Of a DNA stretch of 39,267 nucleotides, positions 23,577 through 35,005 are shown piece after piece. Each line of letters starts with the position of its first letter. Position 1 is the stretch's first letter. This DNA is from Azolla caroliniana (lineage: Eukaryota > Plantae > Polypodiophyta), in the NCBI GenBank assembly GCA_043228905.1, contig JBHGNT010000287.1:1-39267 (forward strand), in the 5' to 3' direction. Position numbers and translations under genes: made by a program. The notes below the pieces were generated by a model that was given only the letters and a program-made list of their open reading frames with translations, did no database searches and was not told where the DNA came from.

Positions 23577-24135
23577 CTCTCTCTCTAGACTCTCTTTCTA
23601 GACACACACACACTGCCTCTCTCTCTCTAGACTCTCTTTCTAGACACACAAACACACACTACCTCTCTGTCTCTCTCTAGATATACACACACACTCTCTC
23701 TCTCTCTAGACTCTCTTTCTAGACACACACACACACTGCCTCTCTGTCTCTCTCTAGATATACACACCCACTCTGTCTCTCTCTAGACACAAACTCTCTC
23801 TTTTTCTCTATCTTTTTACGCCTATCATCATTACTCTTACCTATCATTTATTGAAGTTGTCACTTCACACGCACAGGCATTCTAGAGAGAGGATGTGCAT
23901 GTGGAGAAAACAGCGGAGGCATTCTAGAGAGAGGATGTGCATGTGACGAAATAGCACATGCATTCTAGAGAGAGGATGTGCATGTGGACAAACCAGGAGA
24001 TCCCGTCCCAAGAGGCATTTTCATTCTAGAGAGTGCATGTGTATGTACATATGTATGTGGAAGAAAAAGGGTGGCCCTGTCCAACAAGATAATAGAGAGC
24101 GGATGTGGATTCTAGAGAGCGGATGTGCATGCGGA
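23577..24135. repeat. Compound (CT)n/(CA)n/TCTAGA microsatellite and 42-bp-period repeat GCATTCTAGAGAGAGGATGTGCATGTG, in the probable promoter region
   Basis: Directly visible at 23577-23810; repeat copies at ~23877, 23919 and 23961, with degenerate copies out to 24135. Confidence 0.85.
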
Positions 24136-24567
24136 GAAACGACAATCCAAAGCATGTGCCCAAGTCCAAAGTGAAGAACGTTTTTTAAATCATTTCAGCA
24201 CGAATGTGTAAACTTTCAGATGTCTGTCTATTTGCGTCTCACTTCCAACTTCCAAGGGCATTCTAGAGCCGGATAGAGACAATTTGAGCTCACACCGACC
24301 AACCAACTGACTGCGCCTGGTCCGAAAGCCCTTACCCATCCATCACTCACAATAACCACGTTCGAGAGATGTTACTATGTATATATAGGGTGGACGTATC
24401 TAGCATTACACCCAAGATCGATTGTCTCATACCACCGTGTACGGACATGGATCGTACCTTGGTTTTAAAGAAGGGTGGTGGGACACGTCTTTTCCTTTTC
24501 CTTTCTATAACTGTTTTTAGAAATTTTTGAGTTTTTGTAAACTCTACCTTTTTCTCTCTTTGCACAT

Positions 24568-26828
24568 TGTGAAAATTAACGTGCGAAAGCTAAAAAAAAC
24601 AAACACAACCGGCTCAACCGGATAGCAACAGAGAACACAGAGAATCAATGGAGAAAACATAGAGAATACAGAGTACTCGGGAGAGACACAGAGAGAGAGA
24701 GAGAGAGAGAGCAGAACATTGAAAACTCGATTTCAAAATAACACTCTATACAGTCAAATGTGTTCAAAGAGCACTTTTTATACATATACAAGTCCATAAA
24801 GGACTAATCGAAGTACTAACAAGTATTTCAATACTCATAGCTGAGCTACTGACACTAACTCCTAGGAATATAACTTCCTAGTAATCTAGGATCGTAGTCC
24901 TCTAACAGCCTACCAGCTCACACAGATCCAGTTCTCCGATCCGGCTCTCTAATCCAATCTGGCCCACGTTGAGCTTGCTCGCTCAACAGTCCCCCTCAAG
25001 CTCAACTTGAGGTCCGTCTATCGTGTCAAGATTCGTCGGTCCTTGTCTCTCGCTCCTCTTGGTGTCTTCACGCCTTGCTCGCGTTCCTCAACCCGTCCAG
25101 TCCTGCACACCTCGACCTCCTCGGTCGGCTTGTCTGCTCATCAGGCCCTTCTCAACTCCCTCATTGTCGTGGCATCGACGCCCCTCGACCTGTCTACGCC
25201 TTCATTTCGGTGTCGGCTTTGGCTGCCTCCCTGTCCGCTTGGCCTTCATGTAATTCGACTCATCTGAATCAACCCACTTGACCGAATCGGTTGTCTCTAA
25301 TTTGTTCCCGCTCTTGTCCGAATTGGCTATCTCCAATTTGTCATCCTTCTTCAAGCCCTTAACCACGTCTGACCATGTCTTGGTCTTGGCCTTTTTCTTC
25401 TGGTTGGCTTTGTCCTTGACTCTACCGCCTTTGCCGCATGTCCCAGTTTTTCTAGATGTGTCAACTTCTTTAGTTGATTCAACATCTTCTTCGGCTTCCT
25501 CCTATTGCTCTCCTCCAGTTGTTTCTCCACTTGTTCTCCCCCTCAAGTGCAGCACATCGAGATGTTGCAACCCAAGCATCTCCGAAAAATGCTTCAACTT
25601 GTCCGATCCAAGCACCTTGGTGAAGATGTCTGCAATCTATCGATCGGTTTGAACATATCTGAGTTTAACTTCACCTCTCAGGACCCGCTCGCGCACAAAG
25701 TGATAATGCACTTCTATGTGCTTCATCCGAGCATGGAAAACGGGGTTCTTGGCCAGCTGCATGCTACTAATATTGTCGCAGTAGATCGGAATCAGAGTGT
25801 GAACTTTGACCCGTAAGTCTTGCAACACCTACCGACGCCATATAGCTTCACATGTAGCGAATGTGGCTCCTCGATACTCAACCTTAGTGCTCGATAGGGC
25901 CATTGTCATTTGCTTCTTGTTGCTCCACGCTATAGTCGCGCTTCCAAGAGAAAACATGAAACCTGATGTTGACCAACGATCCATGGTGTCTCCTGCCCAA
26001 CCGACATCAGTATAGCCAACTAGTTGTTCGACTATACCGTGTTGGTACAACAGTCCTCGATCCTTCATGCCGCTCACATATTGCAATATTTGAGTCGCAC
26101 ACTGTGGATGTTTGACAATCGGTCTCTGCATGAATTGACTTATCACACCTACTGGATAGCCGAGGTCAAGTCGGGTGATGGTTAAGTATATTAGGCTCTC
26201 GACAATTTGTTGGAACCGTTTGTCATCGCAGGTCGCTCTTGAGTTGGGACATAGCTTCAAGGTCCTGTTAAGAGGAGTGGAGATGGATTGACAATTTGTC
26301 ATGCCGAATTTGTACAACATATTATACACATAATGTTGTTGAGATATGTTGATGGGGTGTGGATCACTTCAATCTCGAGGAAATAGTGAAGGTCCCCCAG
26401 GTCCTTCATCTCGAATGCTTCCAACAACTTGGACTTTACGCGGCCGATTTCAACAAGGTCGGGTCTAGTGACGACCAGGTCGTCTACATATAGCAAAATG
26501 CAAACCGGAACTTGGGGGAACTTTTCCGAATAAATAGAGAAGAGTTGGAATTGGAGGCCGCGAACCCCATCTTATGCAACTAGTGCGTGATTTTTAAGTT
26601 CCAAGCACGGGGGGCTTGCTTGAGGCCATAAAGTGACTTCTTTAGTCAACATACTGCCAACTTGTTCAGCTTCGACTGAAATCGGGGGGGTTGGACCATG
26701 TATACCTATTCTTCAAGATCTCCTTGAAGAAACACATTCTTCACGTCCATTTGGTGGAGATGTCACCCCCTTTCTGTTGCGACCGCCAACACCACACGAA
26801 TAGTCGTCATCTTTGCTACTGATGCGAC
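24568..26828 (-). mobile_element. Copia C remnant: decayed RT-RNase H, pol 3' extension, PPT and 421-bp 3' LTR (24568-24988)
   Basis: VAKMTTIRVV...QMDVKNVFLQG, LYVDDL, GYTDVGWAG, HARMKHIEVHYHF with many stops. PPT GAGGGGGA, then LTR TGTTGAGCGAG...TTTTCACA. The 5' part is lost at 26828. Confidence 0.92.
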
Positions 26829-28536
26829 TGTGCAAGGTTCAAATCTTACCTTGCATGAGTTTATCTTTGTGGCACGTTTGGTTTATTCGTACTACTATTT
26901 TATTTCTTATCCGAGTAAACATCACGACAACGTGTACGTAACGATTCTAAGACATTATCTATAGGTAAGAGGACTAAACTAGACCCTTGGTTTTGTGGAC
27001 CTTTCACAGTCTTCAAATGCTTTGGTTCATCAACCTATCTCCTCACTCTTTCTAATGGTGTTGGAATCTATCCAGTTTTTCATATAAGTCCTTAAAAGAA
27101 CTTCTTAGTTTTGACGATAATACACTTACAACGGAAACTCTATTTATTTCTAAGGATTTAACTTCTAAACCACATGTACCAAGGAAAATTCTCAATGTTA
27201 AAACAAAACATTTACATTCTAAAACAATCAGAGGGTTTTAAATCAAATGGATGAATAAGTTTATAAAAGATGCTACATGGGAATGAGATAACACCATTTA
27301 AATTAACTTCCCTAACTTTTCATTTGCAATACTGAAATGTTTTAAAGAGGGGGAGTATAATACGAGCATAACCATAACTTATCCCTTGGTAGTTTGTACT
27401 ATAGTTTTCTACACACGAGGATAAGAGTGTGCAGGTTAATCGAGAATGTAAAGAAGGAAGGATTATTTTAATCCTAGGCATTGAGATAACCCTTAGTGGC
27501 TAAGTGTGAACTTTCCTAGGGGCCTTGGGTTGTCTAGCGAGAAATATGAAGCCTTAGCTATCTTCAATAGATATATTTGACTATGTCGACTTTGTGATAT
27601 TGTGTGAACAGGCTCTTCTAGCAAGCGCTCACTATTAACAGGTGCTACTCGGAGCCATATGGGTGGTATGGGATGTCATTCAATGCTCGGGTTCATTCTA
27701 TTCGTTCGCTCGGGGGTGGTCGTGTGAATTGACACCCTTCTTTCTAGACTCTCTTTCTCTTTATTATCTTATCTATTTCCTTATAATATGCTTACATTAG
27801 AAGAAATCTCTAACAAGAATGTACTTGCAAGATGTTTGAAGGTCAAGAAAGGGGTGTTGTAGACGATGACGCCATATCTCACCTTCCCATATGTTTGTCT
27901 TCCTCCTCACAACACAATGAAGTCACTGAGTCGATCAACTTCCATGCTCTCCAATCCTTTGCTCAATGACAGAGAGCAAAAGCCATGACTGTCGCAAGTA
28001 AAATGCATAATAATCGACCTTGTGACGAGCTAGCTACCTTTATTGCAACATAGATCCGAAGAGTTACAATCTTCCAGGAAAAAAGAAAGGGTGAAACCAT
28101 CACTCTATTTTGTTGCTCGTATCTGAAGAGCCAAAGGAGGGAGGATCGAGGATGAAAGAAAAAAGCAAACACAAACTTTTGGTGGTGAGCACCCTAAATA
28201 CCTTTTTCCCTTTCCTACCCAATGCACACTATTGTTTTTTACCTTTTGCTTGGGCGGTCTAGCTAGAATCCAATGTATGCTTAAGTCAAAATTATAATGG
28301 TGCATTCCTACCCTTTGGTAGACCTGTATGTGTATAGACTATAATATAGTCTTGAAAAGTGCATCGCGGGAATTTCTTGTCGCTTCTCTTGTCATAGATT
28401 TGGTTGAGAGATACCTTGAGAAAGAAAAATGGTTTAGTTTAAGATATCAAGATTCTAGTATGTGTTGGGAAACATGTCCTTGCGGATGGGAAGAGAAGTA
28501 CCGTGTTGGTGAAGAGAAGTATCATGTCCTTGCAGA

Positions 28537-28968
28537 TGGGAAGAGAAGACTCGTTCGGTGGCATGTTTAAGCTAACCGACTCCAACTACTCAGTGTGGAA
28601 GTCGAAGATGAGAGACATGCCTGTGTGCAAAGACCTCTGGCTGCCAGTGTAGTTCGAAGATAAAAGACCAGACAAGATCGATGTAGTGACTTGGGAAGTG
28701 TTGCATCTAAAGGTGGCCGCATACATAAGGTGTTTTATAGACATGAGTCTATACAACAACTTCAGCGAAGAAACGGAAGTAGACGTCCTATGGAAGACGA
28801 TCGACGTCATGTTCGAAAACAAGAACGTTGTGAACTGAGTCTCAGTATTTCGAAAAATCGTGAGGCTCCGGTATCAGGATGGCTCCAGTATGACGGAGCA
28901 CATCAATGCCTTCCAAGGATTGATGAACCAAACCACCTCTCTAGAAGTACCTCAGGCCGACGAGGTAC
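28537..28968 (+). mobile_element. Tnt1-like Copia gag N-terminal fragment
   Basis: MFKLTDSNYSVWKSKMRD...KDLWLPV*...AAYIRCFIDMSLYNNF...RLRYQDGSSMTEHINAFQGLMNQ, with two in-frame stops. Confidence 0.8.
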
Positions 28969-28969
28969 G

Positions 28970-30080
28970 CAGGATATTATTTTCATTTAAGTTTTACTAC
29001 AGAAAATTATTGTATATTCCAGATTTCTTTAGAACATTCTAGAAGCTTCAGGACTATTACTGAGAACACTATAAAAAGAGGCACAAGGCATTATTTCGAA
29101 CCAAATTGGTTCAACGCCAGTCTTAAGCCTCATAGCTATTTTGTACTTACTCTTCACATAATATATCATCTGTTATCATTATCCTCTCTCTCTCTCTCAG
29201 CTTCGCTATCTCTCTCTCGTGAGTCTTACGCAGTCCGTCCTCTTAGTACTAATAGTACTTCCCTTCTCTAGTACTAATTCTCTCTCTGTTTTAGTACTAT
29301 TCCTGACAGTTTGAACCAATTCTTCCCTCTGGTCTTCTTTTCGGTTTCCCTCATCCTCTTACCGCTTTTTCCAATACTATGGCTATTGTTAGTGCCCAGG
29401 AATCTCAATCCGTTTTTTTCGAGCTACAATGTCTAAAAGAAAAATTTGTTGCATTGGAACAAGAAAACCAACGATTGTTAGGGGATCTTCAACAAATTTC
29501 TTTAGAAAAATAGCAAACGCAGCAACAACATGGGGAGTTAGCGTTACGCATACAACAACTCGAAGCAACCATCGTAGCATTACAACAACAAGGATCAAGT
29601 CCCCAAGGACTTCATAAAGAGCCCAAGATTGGTCTTTCTATGAAATTCGATGGAACGCGATCACAATTCAAAGGATTCCTTAATCAGGTACGCTTAGTCA
29701 TGCAAATGCATCCTTCCTGATACCCCACTGATGCATCCCGGGTAGGCCTAATAGGCATGATGCTCAACGGCTCAGCCTTGGCATGGTTCGCTCCGCTTTT
29801 GGAAAAACAATCTCCCTTGCTTAATAACTTTGAAGACTTTATTAACGAGTTTAAAGCCTGCTTTGGAGATACCGACAACATCAGGACGACGATCAACAAA
29901 ATCCGACGATTGCGTCAAGGCGATCGTCTAGCCTCTGCCTACGCGGCGGATTTCCGTCTACTTGCCTCAGATATCCCCTGGGATGATCAAGCACTAATGG
30001 AGCAGTTCCACTACGGCCTGTGAAACGACGTCAAAGATTTACTTTTAACCTTTCCCAAAGAACCAAAATCTCTTATAGAG
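28970..30080 (+). mobile_element. Gypsy chromovirus (Tcn1-like): partial 5' LTR (ends 29308), self-priming PBS, and decayed gag interrupted by Copia D
   Basis: TATA at 29070, LTR end ...TCCTGACA, gag KEPKIG..KFDGTRSQFKGFLNQVRL...GSALAWFAPLLE...LRQG...YAADFRLLASDIPWDDQALMEQF. Confidence 0.82.
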
Positions 30081-33003
30081 TGTTGAGCGAGCAAGCTCAA
30101 CCAGATTTGGATCGGCTGAATAAGCCTGAGACGGATCGGTATCCGGATGGTATCCAGAAATAATCGGCCGGATCGGGGAACCGGAAGCCTAGTAGTATCC
30201 TAGACTACTAGGTAATTATTGTCTCGTAGTTAGTGTCAGTCACACGTCTGAGCATTGAAGTACCTGTCAGTCCTTATGGACTTGTATAAATAGTGTTGTT
30301 TAGCACGTTGTATGTACATAGTTTTTGAGTTAATTTTTGAATATAGTTTTATGTTCTGCTCTCTCTATCTCCTTTGTGTTTGAAGCTTTTCCATTAAGCC
30401 TTCATCTCATTTTCTGTTGCTATCTAGCTGAGCCGGTTCTGTCTGACACTTCCACACATTAACATTCACATGGTATCAGAGCGCGAGGGTTGAGAACTTT
30501 TGTAGCCGACATTTGCTTCCGTAGACGAACCCTAGAACCCGGCAACAACAAATAGAGAGAAGATATGGACATCGGAATGACGAGTTCACTTCCAACAGAG
30601 AAGCTCGACCGGAGCAACTATGCATCCTGGTCATATAAAATGCACCAATACCTACTGGGGCATGGATATTGGAGCGTCGTGGAAGGAACAAATGAAGTAG
30701 CACCGGAGCCATCACACAAAGACTTCCCGGTATGGGAGCAAGGAACGAGTCGGGTACTGTACTGTCTCGCGTTTGGTGTGCATGATCAAATGCTCAGCTA
30801 CATCAAGGATGCAAAGACGCCGAAGGACGCCTGGGAAAATCTACGGAAGATTTTCACCGCAAGTACCACAACTCGTAAGTTGCAGCTCCGGCAAAGAGAC
30901 ATGTCGGTTATGGACTACACCACCAAGATAAAGGAGATTTGCGATGCACTCGGGTCCATCAATGTCACGGTGGACGAAGACAAGATGGTACAAATCAGCC
31001 TCGGTGGTCTAGCGCAGAGGTACGGGCCAATCCGGACAACGATCTGCACCTAGGAGAAACCACCGTCTTTCTTCGACTTACAATCGGTGCTGATGGTCGA
31101 AGAAAACCACGTGAGTGGGTCAAGGACCACTCAATCGGACGACTGGATGCTGTACACGGAGACAGATCGGCCCCATGGACGTGGTGGACGAGGTGGGTTG
31201 GCACGCAATGGAGGCGGCCGGAAAGAGCAGGACCGAAGGCACAAAGGAGGTGCCGACAGCAGTTCCGGACCCTCCACAAGTAGGGGGAATCAAAGCGGCG
31301 CTGGGAATCGGCAAGGAAAGGCCGACACGGAATGCTGGTACTGTGGCAAAAAGGGCCATAGGGAAAGCAAGTGTTGGAAGAAGCGCGTTGATTCGGATAA
31401 ATCCGGATCCAGCAAAACTGGTCGGGAGAACCGACAAAGCTCGCACTACGTGGAAGGATCGGAAGGATCCGGAACCGGGAAACTGGTAAAGGGCCAACCT
31501 TCGTGATGAAGCACAAGGCTAACTCGATGAAGAAGACTACTTCCAAATCGGAGGAAGTATGGTACGTTAATTCCGGAGCGTCCAACCACATGACGAGCCA
31601 TGAAGAGTGGTTCTCTTTTTTGGAGAAACTGGAACAACCGGGGATTGTCGAAACCGGAGACGACACCCCTCACCGGATTGTGCATGTCGGAGAAGTCCCT
31701 TTAAGCCATGTCGGACAAAAGGGGAAGCTGATGAACGTACTACACATTCCGACTATCGCAAAGAACCTGGTGTCAGTTGGACAAATCGTCGACTAGGGGA
31801 TGCAGGTGCGGTTTACGCACCTTGGGTGCTTCATCAAGGAAGAGGGCCGGATAATTGCGCAAGGGCGCAGAGACGGGAGGATGTCGGCACTGCTATGTTA
31901 GCGAAAGGGCAGAAGGTCGAATCAGACATCGACCTGTGGCACAAGCGGATCGACCACGTCAATTATCGGAGGCTTCAGGACCTGCAATCGAAACAAGTCA
32001 TTTTCGGTTTGCCGAAATTTAGTGGCCGGAAGGCCGAAATTTGTGAAGCCTGCCAACTCGGGAAGCAACAACGGCTTCCATTCCCCACCGATCGAAATTG
32101 GAGCCATAACAAGCTCGATTTAATCCATTCGGATGTATGGGGACTAACACAAAACGTTAGTCTTGGCGGGAGTTGGTATTTCGTCTCCTTCATCGACGAC
32201 TACAGCCGGCACACGTGGATCTACCTCATCAAGAGGAAGAGCGAAGTCTTCGAGTGTTTCCGAAACCTTCAAAGCTTGGTTGAATGGGAAACAGAGAGGA
32301 AGATCAAGCGCATGCGGTCGGCTGGCAGGAAAGAATACTTTTCTAGCCAATTCAATAGTTATTTGTAGCAGAATGGAATTCGGAGAGAATTCAACTGCAG
32401 GTACACACTGGAGCAAAACAGTGTGGCCGAAAGGAAGAACCAGTTGATTGTCGAAGCGGCAAGGGCAATGCTGGAGGAGAAGAGCATGCCCCATTTATAC
32501 TGGGCTGAGGCAGTCCTGACGATCGTCTACATCCAAAACCGGATCGGTGACAAGGTGTCAGCACATGAGTTGTATTTCGGGTGAAAGCCGAATTTGAGAC
32601 ACCTTCGGATATTTGGTAGCATAGCATATGTGCATGTACCGAATGAGAAGCGGAGGAAGCTGGATCCGAAGTCGGAGAAGTGCATTCTAGTCGGTTACTC
32701 ATATGAGCAAAAGGGGTATAAGTGCTATAACCCCCGGACTAAGCAGGTTCGAGTAAGCCGAGATGTCGAGTTTAATGAGACGGCATCATGGTACTCCTTA
32801 CTAACTCCAACTCCCGACGAAGACCCGATTCCGAAACATGAGGCTAGTGAGCCCGAGGAGGTCCAGGTAGAAGATGAAGACTTCGGCACTCTAGAAGAGA
32901 GTCCGATCTCATTCCGGCTAAGTTGATCGAATGAGCGGATGAGGAACCGACGAGTAGTGGAGACTATGTCGTGCTCTCCCCGCGCAAGGAACCGAGGAGA
33001 CGG
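30081..33003 (+). mobile_element. Copia D: 5' LTR (30081-30470), PBS, decayed gag-protease-integrase; interrupted by a Gypsy element
   Basis: LTR TGTTGAG...TTCACA; gag KLDRSNYASW; knuckle CWYCGKKGHRESKC; protease WYVNSGASNHM; integrase IHSDVWG...FIDDYSR. The LTR is homologous to the Copia C LTR. Confidence 0.93.
30471..30482 (+). promoter_or_regulatory. Primer-binding site, tRNA-iMet
   Basis: TGGTATCAGAGC immediately after the LTR-terminal CA. Confidence 0.95.
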
Positions 33004-33690
33004 TATCGTGGAGAAAACAGTCCCTAGGCGGAAACTGGGTATAACGTGCGTAAACCGGCCCTTACACGTGGGCACAAGTTTTGTTGTATAGTACGTAGAT
33101 AGGTACAAGTCGGCTGAGGTGAAATCCTAGGTAGAACGCATTCATTAGGGAGAAAATTGAGGCGTATCCATGTTTGAAAGGACAGGGAATAAACATGATG
33201 TAACGGGTGGTAATGGCCTCCCTCATTGGGATATAAAAGAGAGGGAGAGGTATGGTAAAAAAAAAAGGAGGAATTTTGTTTTGTGGAGGACGAAGTGCTG
33301 CCGAACTGGAACCGAGCTCTTCTCCTCTGTCTTCTCCATAGTCGCTCTGTGCAGGTTTTCGGCGGGCTGACTCTGGTCCGCGGAACGCCCGAGTGCTTTC
33401 GGCAGAGTCTCCATCTCGCGTTGTGTGTGTGTGTGTATGTGTGTGTGCAGGCGTCAGAGCCTATCACTCGACGGCTTGCCGGTTGTAACTCCTTGATTCG
33501 TATATACATATACATTCGTTCTGTCTCCATTGTTCAGAGTTAGTTGCAACTTCTGTGAGTTTGTGTGTCTGTCGCGTGTGAAGTACATCGGTAGTTTCCT
33601 TCCCCCTCTTCTCATTCGGTTATTTCTCGGTCCAAGGCCCCCATGGTCCCGCCTCGTTCTCCACGCACGCGCGTAACAACGCAACATATT

Positions 33691-33709
33691 TGGTGAACCC
33701 GACGTGAAT
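33691..33709 (+). promoter_or_regulatory. Primer-binding site complementary to the 3' end of plant tRNA-Trp
   Basis: TGGTGAACCCGACGTGAAT, 4 nt after ...GCAACA; it is the reverse complement of ATTCACGTCGGGTTCA-CCA, recalled as the plant cytosolic tRNA-Trp 3' end. Confidence 0.85.
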
Positions 33710-34361
33710 ATGTGATAGAGGAATAGAAAGATGAGAGGGTCGGATCTTGTAGAAGCCATGGCTTCGACTGTGGATCGGATAGTGAGTGTGCGCGAAGGCA
33801 CAAGCACCCTCGATAGGGCTATTGAAGCAGTCGTCGGCACTATAGGCCGGTTCGGTGGGAAGGACGCCACGAGCTATTTGGAGGCTTACCGAGGCGAAAT
33901 GGTGATGAGGGACATCCTGGAGGACAAGCGACTGGCCGGATTCCCTCGGGTGGCGATGCTGGGCATCCACGCAAAGGTGCTTGAGGTATGGGCTGAGAGT
34001 CGGACTTGGGAAGAGTTTGAAGGTCGGCTCCTTGAAAAATACGGGCTTGATGACGCGCTTCGGCTATCGAAGCGGGACTTCATGGAATGGGTGGAGACCC
34101 CCGAAAAGGGGAGAAACGCGTCAATGCTCCTTCGAGAGTTTGAAGAATGCTTCGCACGTCTTTCGGCGCTGGACCGGACCGTACTGGACACAAGTCGTGT
34201 CCTATTGTTTGTTAAATCTGTGGACGTAAGGGACCGGGAGCAAGTGGGCTTCCTGTTGGAGACCGATGACAGCCTAACAACCGACTGGGCCGTGGTAAAG
34301 AGAGTCTACGGCCGTTTTGACAAACGGCGTGAGTGGGTCGATAAAGGCTTGATGGGGGCGG

Positions 34362-35005
34362 TGTCGTGACGATTTTTGGCTACGGTGTGAAACCGAGTGA
34401 GACGAATAAACCAAGGATGTGCAACATTGCACATACACTTAGCAAATAAGCCTAAGGCCTAGTGACACTTGAGTTCATACAGAGGGGTGCAAGCAAGGTT
34501 TGAACCTTGCACCTCTAAGATACAAGATGATTGCCTTACCACTAGGACAACTATCATATAGTGTAGATTTTATGTATTTCCTTTTCATATATGAATTATA
34601 GATGAAACAACCATAGAAAACCATGTGCACAAAACCATGGTTCTAAACCCATGGTTTGTGCATGACATAAGCAAAACCGTGTGCACAAAACCATGGTTTT
34701 AGCCCATGGTTTTGTGCATGTCACAAGCTTCGAAAGACCTATAAAAGCCTCTACTTGAGCTTGTGTAAGGGGGACTCAATATGTGATATCACCAACACCA
34801 TTATCATCAATATAATTATATTTGTCTTTATCTTCTTCATATTTTTCTACTTCTCAAGTGTACAATCTTTCTTCTTCTCAAGTGAACAAATTTCATCTAA
34901 TCTTACATTGATCGTCATCTCTTCGATAATTTTGCGAACATCTTCCCCAGTCTAAGACCCCGGTGGTCGCTCGAGTAGCACACGCACACACGAATCTTTG
35001 CGACA
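34362..35005 (+). mobile_element. 644-bp solo LTR inserted in the Gypsy gag
   Basis: Termini TGTCG...CGACA, AT-rich interior with TATAAAA at ~34740, flanks GCGG/ACGG (4-bp TSD with one mismatch); gag-like sequence resumes after it. Confidence 0.8.

Noticed and set aside
23877-24135. Heat-shock elements from repeated TTCTAGAG
   Set aside because: These lack three correctly alternating nGAAn units and are better explained as a tandem repeat.
24568-30470. LTRs at 24568-24988 and 30081-30470 as the two ends of one element
   Set aside because: They are in opposite orientations, clearly diverged, and each is attached to its own internal region.
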